DNA of 64,000 nt from Minutocellus sp. GHC0000111 (Eukaryota): positions 62,001 through 126,000 of the forward strand of contig OZ361259.1 of NCBI GenBank assembly GCA_977018835.1, read 5' to 3'. Below are positions 21,875-34,492 of this stretch, one piece after another. Made by a program: the position numbers and the translations under genes. The first letter of the stretch is position 1. The number at the start of each line of letters is the position of its first letter. The notes under the pieces were generated by a model that worked only from the letters and a program-made list of their open reading frames with translations, was not told the origin of the DNA and made no database searches.

Positions 21875-24305
21875 ATGATGTCTTCGATGGTACGCCGCTG
21901 CCCACCCGCGGCCATATCTGGTGCCGTAGGAGTTGCAGTAGCATCTCTACTAGCAAATATTCCGAAGGAACGAAACGCAACACATGATCTCGACGATGAT
22001 TCTGAAGCAGCAGATGAGAAAGCCCTTGGCCAGCAGACTTTTCGATTTGGTCTACCCCTTGTCGGCTTCCTTCCGCCGTCCAGCACCTGCGCGTGTGAGG
22101 GCAGAGACGGCGGCTACAAGTTCAACCTCCGTCGTCATCAGACGATGCAAATGTTGAGCCAAACGTCGACGGCGGCAACGCTCAAATCGCGCTACGATGT
22201 GGACTGGGACAACCCGCTCGGCGAGGGGGCCTTCGGCGCGGTATATCTGTGCACCAATCGCGATACCGGTCAAAAGTATGCCCTCAAAAAGATATCCAAG
22301 AGGCTGACCAACAAAGCTTCCTTCATGCGAGAAATTGATGCGCTGATGCACGTTCGGGAGAGTGGCGGGCATCCCAATATCTGTCGACTGATTGAGAACT
22401 TTGATGAGGGTGGATACTATTACCTGGTTTTGGATTTGATTTCGGGTGGGGAGCTGTTCGATCAGTTGGCTAGGTCGGGACCGTACTCGGAGGCCGACGC
22501 GGCAAGGCTGGTGCGAGAGGTGGCATCTGCGTTGGCATACCTGCATGGTGTTGGCATAGTCCATTCCGATTTGAAGCCGGAGGTGAGTATTGAACCCTTG
22601 CTATATTTGCGGGTGATCTCTGTACTCTTAATTTTTGTCTTACTAAGCCATCCTTCTTTTCCTTCAGAACATTATGCTAAGCACACCAAACAAAACAGAT
22701 GCAGTCATTAAAGTTGTAGATATGGGCACCGCCGAAATTACAGAAAAGGCAGATAAAAAGATGTGGCGACGCAGTGGCGGAAATACGCCAGCGTACGCTC
22801 CTCCCGAAGCTTTTGGAAATGTGCGAGGCGCCCTTAGCCCAAGTTATGACATGTGGGCCCTTGGAATCATTGTCTATATTATGCTCACTGGGATGCACCC
22901 GTTCGATTTGGACGGAAGAGCGACGGATGGAGAGATTGAGGAAAAGATTCGACAGCGCAAATCACCACCTCTTCGCAACTCACCCATCACGGCTCACCTA
23001 TCAGATTCCGCCATTGATTTGATTGAGCGCCTCATGGCATGGCGGCCTAGGCGACGAATGACAGCCATGCAAATGCTGGAGCATCCTTGGGTTCGTGGTG
23101 AGACGGCCAGAACCAAGAAGATTGCCGAGTCAGATAAGAGGCTCAAACTGTACAAACCATTCCAGACAAAGCTTGAGGCCAAGGTTTTCAGCGATTGGTG
23201 CACCAAGGCACCGGCCTCTGACGAAGCCAAACAGACGTCTCTGATTGAACGGGCATTCAATGAAATTGCAGAGGGGAAGGGCTATGTTACTACCACTGAT
23301 TTGAATAGAACTCTCAGCAAGGGTAGCAAAGGATCACCGGGAGGCGACGGCAAGGTTGCTTTAGGTCTCTCGGGGTTTAGCGATTTGCTTTCCGATCACA
23401 TGGAAAGCAAGTACTATCCGAGAGGACACACGATCTACAAACAAGGCGCTAAGGGCGATGCTATTTACTTCATAAATTCAGGAACGGTGGAAGTTTCAAC
23501 AAAAGATGGATTTCGGACCAAATTATCGCAGGGAGATCTTTTCGGCGAGGGGGCTCTACTTGATCCAAACGGCCGTCGTAGCGCAAGTATCACGTGCTTG
23601 ACTCCCGTCCATGCCATTCGAATCGGTCAAAACTATTTTGAGAAGTATGTCAGATCTAACGATGAGCTCAATCTGAGGCTTAGGGAGCGCGATCGTTTCA
23701 GAAAAAGGGATCGAGCCAAGACAATTCTACGTCAACAAAAAAATATGCGTGCATTCGACATTTCTGAGGGGGGGGTCTTGTTTGAGCATGGAGATGAAGG
23801 CGATGCACTTTATATTGTAGAAGAAGGCAAGCTTGATCTAAAATCCAAGGGAGGGGAAACAGTGCTCAGCATTGGTGCCAGCGATATTTGCGGTCTCCAC
23901 GCCTTGCTGATGGATAAACCAAGAAATACAACAGCCGTTTGTGCCAGTGAGAAGTGCATTCTCCAGGAAATGCCGGCATCAGAATTTTTCAAGCTTTACA
24001 ATTCTTCTGACAGTATCGGTAAGAGTCTGCGTGAAGTTGCAGCGCGAAGAGATTTTCTCAAGGCAATTGTCACACTTACTGGCAAGACTTTCAAAGACTC
24101 CCACTTGCGTGAAGCATTCGATGCCGTGGATCTTGATCAATCAGGGGCGATTAATTTATCGGAATTGAAAGAGCTATTGAATGTTCTTGATCCGACGCTA
24201 TCGGATAAAGTTGTCCAGAACGTAATGGAGGCAATGGATATCAATTCGTCGGGGACTGTTACTTGGGAGGAGTTTCACCACATATTTAACCAGGGAGACT
24301 CTTAG
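21875..24305 (+). CDS. CAMK-group protein kinase with two cyclic-nucleotide-binding domains and EF-hands (intron 22583-22667)
   Basis: LGEGAFGAV, ALK, HSDLKPE|NIML, DMG, PPE. cNMP motif FGEGALL..GRRSASI plus a second degenerate copy. EF hands DLDQSGAINLSE and DINSSGTVTWEE. Confidence 0.9.
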
Positions 24306-24344
24306 TGGAAAATAAAGATAGCATAATCAGCTCTAGCTAGCTAT

Positions 24345-25598
24345 TCAATTAATGCTACAGGATTTCTTTGCAATCAAGCCACAAGCGCCGACCCAGCATT
24401 TTGGCCATGGCCACTCGCTTCGTTTATTGAAAAGACATTGATCACTGAGGAAACCCATATCCATAGCCCCTTTCCTCTTGTAGTAGTAATGCTTCTCGCC
24501 GTAGAAAATCGAATTATTCTGCCTTTTTGCAAGTAGTATACTCAAAATTGTAAAACTGCTGTAGGTTGGAAGGAACAAGGCACTGCACTCACCGAGTGCC
24601 AAAATGTCAGCAACCCCTTCCGCCATGGCTTCATTCCGCTGGTCTTGCGTTAGCACAGCTGAAGTTTTGCTCCCGTGCTCGCCAAAGAGCACCCCCGATC
24701 TTGGTCTTGCAATAGATTTGCCACTCGATATGATTCTCCAGTTCTGGGGAAGCCTCTGTCGAAAACAAGGTCGAACTGAATCGTTATCAGACGCTACAAA
24801 CAACGAAATGCCCCGTCCATGTCTGGCAGCTCCCGATTCATTCGCATAATGCAGCATCGCATTGAGAGTACCATTTAGGACCTTGTTCACATCAATATCT
24901 CGTCGTTGTGAGGCTATTTGCCAAGCTCCAGTCTCATTGTTTCCCGTTCGAATGTGAACACAGATGTGTAAACCATTGGCAAATCTTGTGGCATATTGCG
25001 ACCGAAGAGGCTCCAGATAAGCCAGCACTTTGTCCGACAGAGACTGACGAAATTGTTCGGCAACATCCTGGGCAGTTTCCATTTCCAGCAGTTCGTGCAC
25101 ATAGCGATCGTATACCGTCGAGGTTTCGTCGTCAAGCGTCACTTTAAGTTGTTGAGAAGCATTTCCAACAATATCGGAAGGTGATCTCCACCATTCCTTT
25201 GGCTGGCCATTGGCATAGTGTTCCTTCTCTCTCTCGGTACCGGCAGGTGCCATTTTGACCAACGCCGTATCATGAAAGAGGTAAGACCACGCAACATCTG
25301 GCCAATGTGCAAAAGCGGTGCGATGGTGCAGCTTTGCAAAGGTGACTGTTTTGATGATCCGCTCAAACCGATGGCCGATGCCGCAGCAAGCTCCGAAGGA
25401 CAAAGGGGCATTTTGACTTGAAGGCGGTATCGTGCGATCAGCAAATTCATTCAGCCTGCGAATAATGCCAGCGTAAGCATGTTCTGCACCATCCTCGCTC
25501 AAATGAAACATGCGCGATAGCATGAGCTGAGTTGCCGCAATGCCAATAAGTATGAGTATCAACGGGCACGTTGTGCTCCAGCGAGAGAGTCGAGGCAT
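24345..25598 (-). CDS. Type II membrane fucosyltransferase-like protein (NodZ/GT23-like fold)
   Basis: N-terminal TM; GIGHR, CVHIRTGN, LFVASDN, ADILALGEC...YSSF resemble the conserved fucosyltransferase motifs. Confidence 0.6.
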   Translation of the reverse strand: MPRLSRWSTTCPLILILIGIAATQLMLSRMFHLSEDGAEHAYAGIIRRLNEFADRTIPPSSQNAPLSFGACCGIGHRFERIIKTVTFAKLHHRTAFAHWPDVAWSYLFHDTALVKMAPAGTEREKEHYANGQPKEWWRSPSDIVGNASQQLKVTLDDETSTVYDRYVHELLEMETAQDVAEQFRQSLSDKVLAYLEPLRSQYATRFANGLHICVHIRTGNNETGAWQIASQRRDIDVNKVLNGTLNAMLHYANESGAARHGRGISLFVASDNDSVRPCFRQRLPQNWRIISSGKSIARPRSGVLFGEHGSKTSAVLTQDQRNEAMAEGVADILALGECSALFLPTYSSFTILSILLAKRQNNSIFYGEKHYYYKRKGAMDMGFLSDQCLFNKRSEWPWPKCWVGACGLIAKKSCSIN

Positions 25599-26027
25599 TC
25601 TGACTCGGCACTCGGAGGCACAAGAATACAGGCCACCGCCGGATCACCTGACACCTGCTGAGCTAACACATTATCAAATATTCTAGTATTGTAATGACTA
25701 TGCTGACATCTCGGCAGAAGGCCAGGAGGAGTCGAGTCAGGTGCAGGTAGCCGAGAGGTCGAATGGGCGCGGTGGGCCTATGCCTCTTGGCCTCGCTCTG
25801 GGCCGGCCTCGCGATGCTCAGCGAATTGGCGGGATTTGTTAGTCGGCGAAGTCGACGCTTTCTACCGGTTCGCAGCAGTAATGTTAGCTCCTGACTTTTC
25901 ATGCTGCCTCCGCAGTTGCTAGACTCTCTAGGTAGCTTGATGTTTCAATCAAAACATGCTTTCTATGCAATTAAATCTATGTGTATAATAGCGATCTATC
26001 AAAAAGGATTGCCATTGTCGACAAGCA

Positions 26028-29000
26028 TTAGCAATTGCCACCGCGAAGCACCTCGACGCCGGTGATGTCCACCACACCCTCCTCTTGCCAGTTCAATTGG
26101 CACTGGTTGCAGTTGTTGCAGAATATAGCTGTAATGGTATTTCCGGAGTAGATGGCATCGATGCTTCCGCCCCTCATCGTGAAGACTTGGCTGTGAATAG
26201 TCGATACTCCTCGTCCAGCTTTGGCAAGAGCGACGAGGTTCATGTCCTCGAAGATGTGACCTGGTACATTGGCTGGCTTGGAAAAGTATGACAGGTCCAA
26301 ACCAATTTGCCATGTTCCATAGGCCGAATTAGATGCAAAGCTTCCAAAGGTGTTCAAAGTCAAAACATCTTCGTACTCGTTGCCAAGCTGGCGGAGTGTC
26401 TTGCCGGCGAGTTCTTGGGGTGTGCCTGGAACGTCAGGGATGACCAAGCTTTCGATGAAATCAGGGTGAACGAAGAAGGCGAAGGGAGACCGGCCGAAGA
26501 AGCCCTCGGCGCGGTTGTTGTCGATCTGACTGTAGATAGCGCGAGCCCAGATGCCGAAGCCACCGTGGCCCATGTCGGTACCCTCGGTAGTACCAAAGCG
26601 ACCGTCGTCGCCACCTCTGGTACCACCACCAGTTCCAATGACAAAGTTATTCAGTACATGGCCGGTTTCGAGTCCACCTTCGAGGAAGATGCCGGAACCA
26701 TTGGCTCCGACCACTACATTTTCTTCTACCAACACTCTGGAATTGTGCGGGACAAGACCATTTCGGGGGCTGTAGAGGACGACATTTCCGTAGAAGAGAC
26801 TCTCTACGAGGGAGAAATGCGCATGTAGGGCATAACGCCCAATCTGATTTGTACCTTGCTTTGACACGGTCATTTGGGCGAGACCATCTTCAAAGTTCAG
26901 GCCGGAAACGTCCTCGATGGAAGTATTCTCAATTTCATCGGTCGTAGTCCGGCCAAAGCCCTGGATTCTGGCATTCTTGAAGTCAAAGGAACCGGCCCCG
27001 GTGTGCATGATATGGCCTCGGTCGGTGGATGTAGGAGATGTAATGAACGTGATAGACCTAGTGATGTAGGCGGCGTGGCAGCCCAGCGAGTGATCGTACT
27101 GAAGAGGGCTGTCCAGAGTCACAAGAGTATTGCCGTCGGCATCGGTGGAGATGGCTGCAATGGATCGAATCTCTGTTTGATCGATGTAACCATTGGGCTC
27201 ATTGTTTGGGAAGTTCCAATGGCCCGGGCTAAGACCCTGCTGTGTATCCGGAAGAACAATCTCTGCGCCGACGGCCAGTCGACAGATGCTGCCGAACCAG
27301 ACAGAGTAATGGTAGTAGAAGAAGCGTCTGCAGTCAAGGCAAGGGCAGCCATCTTGGTAGGAACCGCGTTACCGTTGATGTTGGCGTTGCCAGAGAGCGA
27401 GAGAAGACCGACCATGGTCTGTTGGGGATCGATGGTGGAGTCGAGAGCTCCATCGATCTCGATCGTGACGGTATACGGCGATGTTGCGTCGGTTCGCACA
27501 TCCAGGACGGCCGAGTCTTCGACAATGATGGTGGAGGCCGTGAGCTTGACGTCACTGCCAGATGGCTCGATGATGAGAGTTCCTTCCACAACTACCTTGT
27601 CGAGCTTGGCCGACGAGGCTTGGGAATAAGTGACAGTTTGGCCAGCTGGAATGTGGACAGTCACAGTATGATCTGCCGCTGTTGCATCGACAGAGGGCCA
27701 CTCGTTGTTGTTTGCAACGGCCCAGGTCTTGCCCACTTGCGCATCACGCTCGGCAGAAAAGATTGGGAACCACCCGTTGATCGATGGGGTGGTACGATGC
27801 GTGGCAAGGGATGGACTGACGGTCGGAGCCTTGGTGGGAGCGGATGTAGTCGGAGCCTTGGTAGGTGTGGTCGTGGGCATCAACGTCGGAGGATCGTTGG
27901 TGAGCATCAATTCTGAGATTTGATACACTGGCTGGGTGTTGTAGTCGGTACCACAACTAGATCTACTTCACATCGTCCATCGTCGTCCATTCGGCCTCGT
28001 TGGCAACAAAGTCGGCGATGGGGATGATGGCTTGTCTCCACTCATTGGCCACGAGCCGTCCGCCATCGACGTAGGAACCGGCAAGGACAATGTCTTTCGA
28101 AGAGTACTGCGGCCAACGCTTGGAGAGTCCGATCCTGGGTAGGCATCCTTCACCGTCATGACCAGATACCCGAGCCTTGAAGGTCAGATGCGAGTACAAC
28201 GAAAAGTTGGGTTGCGCCCCAAAGTTACCCTGATCGTAACAGGACTTGATGCACTGCCAGGAATCATTCTTCTCCATGCAGCCCATCTGAAGTCCACCGC
28301 TGTGCCATTTAGTGGGGGTAATGTCGAGATAGTCGGGAGTGCCCGCCACGGTAGACGCCTGAGATACCAGGCAGCTCAAGGCCTCGGCCTCACCCTTGGA
28401 GGTGGCATCGTCGGCAGCTCCAAAGATAATGCTGTAGGGAGTAGTCGGAGATGTCGTCGGCGCTGAAGTGACCGGGCTTGACGTCGGCGGGGGAGAAATG
28501 GGGGCCGCCGTCGGCGTTCCAGTAGGAGCAACCGTCGGTGAATCCGTGGCCGAAGCAGAACCAATGACGGGCGGATCATCCGTCAGCTGGATGTTCATGA
28601 TCTCGTAGATGGGCTGGGTGTTGTAGTCGGTGCCACAGCTACGGAACCACAGCGCCTTTACGTCGTTCATTACCGGCCAGTCGTCACCCTCGGTGGCCAC
28701 AAAGTCCGAGGTGGGGATGACGACGGAACGATATTCCGTCGACGATAGTTTTCCACTATCGACGTACGAACCAGCCAATGTCAGTGGTTCCGAGCTGTGC
28801 TGTGGCCAACGTTTGCCGAGCGACACCGTCGGATGGCAGTCATCGCCGGCAACGTCACTGGACACCTTGGCCTGGAAGGTGAGGTACTGGTAGGCGGAAA
28901 AGTCCGGGTTGGAACCGAAGGACCCGTCCTTGTGGAAGCAGGATTTGACGCACTGCCACGACGAGTTCTTCTCTTGGCAGCCGACTGTGTGTGTTCGTGT

Positions 29001-29499
29001 TTGTGTTAGTGTGTATAAATTACATGAATAAGTCGGTGAGGATGTCAGGGTCTTTTGTGTGGTTTTTGGGCACAAAGAGCACGTAATGTGCTTGGTTTCG
29101 TAGTATGTCATGGGACGAACATAACATACATGATGCGGTTGATAGATCGAATCACGTGCACAAACATTCATGCAATAAAGACTCACAGTACAAACCCCCG
29201 GAATGCCACTTGGTCGCCGCCACGCGAAGGACATTGGGTGCGACGGCGGTACCCTTCCCGGCGAGGCAGGTTTTGGAATTCTCCTCGGGAGTGAGGGCCG
29301 TGCTGAAACCGGCCGTGGTGGACTGTGCCGTGGAGGAATAGATGGATGTTTCAGCGGCGGACACGACGGTGGAGGACAGGAGGAGGGGGAGAAAGCTGCA
29401 TAACGAGAGGGAGAGGGTGGCGGCGAGACCGCCGGCCTGGTGGTTGCTGCAAGCGTGACTGCGGCGTCTGCGACTGCGAGGAGTGGATGTTGCGGTCAT
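26028..29499 (-). pseudogene. Secreted G8-domain / parallel beta-helix protein with a duplicated N-terminal domain; frameshifts at ~27962 and ~27273; intron 28985-29186
   Basis: Signal peptide (VVSA-AE), two ~190-aa repeats, P/T/S linkers, G8-like VHIPAG..VVVEGTL, then RGHIMH, GFGRT and GRYALHAH. Spread over three frames. Confidence 0.75.
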
Positions 29500-29894
29500 T
29501 AGCAAATGTCTGCTGAGGAAGCAACAAAGAAATATTATCGTCGCCGCCGAAGAGATCGATACGTGTAGGATGACCACCGACAGGATACAATAAGCAAGGT
29601 GCGGTATCGAACAACCGAGCCCCCTTTGCCGGTTATTCTTTTTTGTGCTCTCCTTCTTGCGGTTGTAGCCTATCTCCCCGTTTTCTTTTCGTGTATAGCA
29701 CATGTATTGCCCTTGAATCAGACCGTCTGGGTGCCGTCTTCTCCATCAGCCCTGGAAACTGACGCATGCTGTGAGTTTTTGTCAAGGGTCATTTGTGCAA
29801 TATCTAATGGTACCAAGGTACACGTCCTCACCTCTCTCTACATGTTTATATTGTATTCTCACCTATCATATGATATTGTCACATACATCCACAG

Positions 29895-32800
29895 CTGCAA
29901 CATCGGCAAGAAGCCCATCGCCATTGCCGGCGGTAAGCTCAGCATCGATGCCATGCCCTCGGCCTCCTGCCCGTCGTGGACCAGGCTGGCCGACGTCGAT
30001 GGGTCTGGTCCCATCGCCATCGCCACCGAGGACCTCGAGACGGCGCCGCAGCCACCCGCGGCCACCTGTCCGTCGGTCGTTGTCGACGAAGACTTTGCCG
30101 GCACCCTCAACGAGGCATCGGCCACCGGCGTCGACTGGGATGGCTTCTGCACCCACTGGGACGTCAACCAGTGCCCCACGTAGGGCGTCGAGACGACTGG
30201 GTCGGACTCGTACTACTCCGTATCGGGTCGCAAGTCGTCGCACAACAGTCCTCGCGTCTCCCTCCCGGTGTCGTGCCTTGCCGCCGATGTCCCCTACCTC
30301 TTGAGTTATACCTACCGTCTCCGTCATGACACTGAGACGGACTTTACTCCCCCTTACCTCAAGATGGTCTACCAGCTTGCATCGGGTGGCAATCTGCAGT
30401 GGAGCAACCCCACCTTTGTGTATCCTCGAGGCGGAACGGACCAGGTGCCCGAAGGTCAGTGGCAGACGGTGGAGCAGGTCTTGACCTTCCCCTCCGACCT
30501 GGCCGACCATTCCCAGGTATCAGAAATTTATCTGTACTTGGCAGATTTGAGTTCGACATATGCCGACGTTACTATCGATCTGGATTCCTTCATGTTGGAG
30601 TTGGCTCCGGCCAGTCTCTCTGATACCGATGGATCCCAGGTTTGCTCAAGTCTCATCCGCAATGGTGCCGGCGGCCAAGCCAACGGTCATGCCTATCCCT
30701 TCTACGCTCCCAACGGCATTCTAAATACCATCATAGGCGCATCCGATGGTCCCCCGGCTTCTCCTACGCTGTCTTATTTCCGCTCCACTGCACGGAACTC
30801 CAAGTGGGCTCCGCTCATTTCGCAGGATGTCCAGTATGGCGGCTGCGCCTCTCCAGGACAGGTCTACGAGCTCTCTTTTAACTACCGTACCCACTCCACC
30901 GAAGAGCGGTACACCCATGCCAACATCTACGCCGACTTTGAGAACGAACCCGCCAAGGACAATGGCCTTGGCATTGTCGAGTGTCCTCCGTCATCTGGAG
31001 ATTGGGTCAGCTGCACAGGCAAGTTCACAATGGCAGAGAAACAAGTGGGAGCATCCCTCCTCTCGTTCAACATTTACCTCGCCGGTGAGGATTACAGTAT
31101 CGACGTGGACGTTGCTGACGTCAAGGTTGACATTGTGGGCGAGAGAAGCGCCGTTGACACCCTCGTCGTCGAGGATGGTAGTGGCGTTGCCTCGTGCTGG
31201 GCCCCAGGCGCAGAGGTCTTGATCACGAGCCACACCATCCGCTCAGATGATGCACAGACCGCCAAGATTGTCTCGGTCGATGCCACCGGGCGTATCAGCC
31301 TCGACAAGCCCATCTATCTTCCTGTCACCTCGGCAGACGATGCCAATACGGCAACAGAAATTGCATTGCTTTCGAGGAATGTCAGGTTTTCTGCTGTGGA
31401 GGATGATCCCAATCCACTCCACGGTGGCCATCTGATTGTATTTCACACTCCGATGGTCGCTCAAATGCTCGGCGGTGTCGAGATTGTTGCTTTTGGTCAG
31501 CAAGGCAACATGGGACGTTATGTAAGTAATATATATATATTGCTCGATTCTGTGCTATTTTGCACCATCCCTTGTTTAGCAAGTCGTATATATTCCTCCT
31601 GCTCAACATTTTCTTTTCTTTTCCCTCTCTCTTTCCTTCTTCTCTCGAACTATTTTGCAGCCCGTTCACTTCCACATGTCGAATTCTGCGATGGGATCAA
31701 TCGTCGCTTCGAACACGGTCCGGGACAGCAAGCAGCGATGCATCGTCCTCCACAATACAGACGACGTGGTGGTAAAGGACAACGTTGCCTACAACACAAA
31801 GGGTCACTGTTTTATTCTCGAGGATGGGTCGGAGCAAAATAATTCTCTGTTGAACAACCTGGCTGCTGGCCAGACCCCGGTCGACGTTCGAATCTCAGAG
31901 AACGAGAGCGACCATCTCCCTTCGTCATTTTGGCTCCTCAATCCACAGAATGCTTTTGTCGGCAACGTTGCTGCTGGATCATCCCACTCCGGATTCTGGT
32001 TCGAAGTCCTGGCTAGAGTCCGTGGAAAGAGCCGTGAGTTACATCCTGAGATGGAACCCAACAAGTTGCCTCTCAAAGAATTCAGGGACAACATCTCCCA
32101 CTCGAACGGCTTCAAGGGTCTTCACACCTATCCTCAGACCGGCTATCGTCCTACTGAAACAGCTGTCTTCTTGAATCACAAATCCTACCGAAATGGAGGC
32201 GATGGTGTCTTCTTCCACGCCGGAGGAAATCTCCAGATCGATGGAGGTTACTTCGCCGACAACAAGGTGGCCATCGAAATTGACTTGGATCATTCCGACC
32301 ACGTCACAAACGCTGTTGTCGTTGGTCGTTCCCCAGTTTATCAAGAAATGCTGGATTCCTATGGTGAGGCAGCCTTTGAGTATCCACAACTAACTCACTG
32401 CCGCAAGGACGGCGGAGAAGGGCTTACGGGTATCATCGTCGATACCTACCACTGGGGAGGCCCGGATGCTACCGGTACTGAAATCGACAGCATCACCTTC
32501 TCTGGTTTTACCAACGATGCTTGTCCTGGTTCTCTTTCGGTCGCGCTCACAGCCGGCCATCACAACAAGCACTTCTTTGATCCCCGAAATTCTGTCAACA
32601 ACATTGTCTTCGCAGACAACTCCAACAAGATATCGCTCTGCGAGTCAACCTACGGTGGCATTGAGAACATTGCAATTCGTGATGTCGATGGTAGTTTCTC
32701 TGGTGCCGGAGTCTCTTCCTTCTGGGTTTCCGACAATGAACGCATGGCGGCTGATCCTCGTTGTTCTTCGGTTGAGGGAACTTGCGCTTCCTTCTGCCCG

Positions 32801-34231
32801 GACATGTGCATTCGCAAGGTTGCTGTGTTTGTGTCGTCTTACGCCCCTGATGACCTCCTCATTGAAGTTAGCGGCAACAATGAGCTTGGAGAGGCATTTC
32901 CCACTACATCCTTTTCCAAGCTTGATTACTACAAGCAATCCGATGCCACCGACTGGGATTCCTTCCACAAGATCTACGTATCGCTGCCTGCTGGTGGGTC
33001 CTACAATGCTCGCTTTGTCGAGGATAACCAAACCATCTGGCCTCTTTTTGCCGATGTAAGATACGAGGACTACCCGAACCAATGTGGCCCTGATTTTGCC
33101 CAACTAAACATTGAGCAGCCCAAACGTACTTGTTCCGAGCTCATTATCAATGGGGACATGGGAGATTCTACTGGCACAGGTTCGATTGAAGGCTGGTGGC
33201 ACATCGCAGGTGGTCTAAGGCTTGCCTCTGGTGGCGCAGACGGGAGCTCTTTTGCCTTGACCAATGTCGACCGACGAGGCAGTTACGATGGCATTGCCCA
33301 GTATCTTGACACAAGGTGCATGGTTGAGGGTGAAGAGTATGCCTTCAGCGCCAAGATCAAGTTGGTGAAGGACGGCGCAACATGGCAGTGCAACCCTTCG
33401 TCAGGTTCGAATCAGGCCGACTCTTGTCCAGATGCAACGCTGAGAAGTTCCTATGGAGTCAATCGCGACAATGACTGGCAGAATGTTGGCAAGATGGTAA
33501 CAGGAGATCAAGAATGGAACGTAATGGAAGGGTCTCTTACTGTTCGAAGCTTTGACGCCAACGCTGGATTTACTGCCCTCTACATCACCGGCGCACCATA
33601 TGGCGTTGATATTATCCTTGATTCCGTTTCCATGGTTCCAGTGACCGCTGCTCCAACCTCTTCGCCGACGATGAGCCCTACGGCCTCTCCAACTGGCGTT
33701 GTAACCTCGAGCCCGACGCTTTCCAACCCGCCAGATCTATTTTCCACCAATGCCGAATATACCGACAAGGTATCCTTCGCTCCTGATGGGGCCATAACTT
33801 TTGCTACTCAATCTGGCGGCAACGCTGCCGTGATTACCAAAGAGGCTCACAATGGCATTGGGCCTTCGGGCGAGATTGACTTTGTTGTTGAGCTGCAGTC
33901 TCGTGAAATCTTCGGAATGGGGTACCAAAGCGGCCTCGCCCTCTTCTTTGCTCCTGTTGACTCTTCCATTCATCATGTCGCGACAAGTGATAATCAGTAC
34001 GGCGTTTTCGAGCAAAATGTTGTCTCAACCCTAAATGAGAAGATTTACCCTTCCATTTCGGGCAACTGGCTTTACTGGCGGTCCATTGGCAGTCCAATTG
34101 AACTCCCTCCCGAGCTCAAGAACGCACCGCTCAAGCTCAGTGTGCGCATCAGCCGCAACTGGAATAGCATGTACGATGTAGATGTCAAGCCCATCATTAC
34201 TTCTGGCGGCGCTGTTGATGCCACGGGTTAA
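29895..34231 (+). pseudogene. TMEM2/CEMIP/fibrocystin-like G8-family beta-helix protein with CBM4/9-like modules; 5'-truncated, in-frame TAG 30181-30183; intron 31522-31660
   Basis: CNIGKKPIAIAGGKL..CPSWTRL, W.PGAEVLITSH, EIALLSRNV, LHGGHL, GQQGNMGRY|PVHFH, SKQRCIVLH, GHCFILEDGSE, NVAAGS..GFW. Confidence 0.82.
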
Positions 34232-34492
34232 TTGAAAATGGGCGGATGAAATTTGCCTTAGATATACATATTTAGATTATTAATTAGAGTAAAATGCATC
34301 ATTCATTAGAGTGTCTAAGTAGGGATCCCTACAACAAAGTTTATTTAGGCTATCCACACCATGCATAGGACAAAGCAAGTCCATGCAAATAAATTTATGT
34401 TTGCTAAACGAGAAAGTTTGCTCACTCCGCGCTAAAGAGGCGGAGTTGTGACATTGTTGTAATTGTAATTGCCCAATGGGGAAGGGGAGCCC

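Noticed and set aside
10060..30183. In-frame TAG codons (10060, 30181) as evidence of an alternative genetic code or readthrough
   Set aside because: TAG is the evident normal stop of several genes here (11647, 19992, 24305, 60615), and both affected genes carry other lesions.
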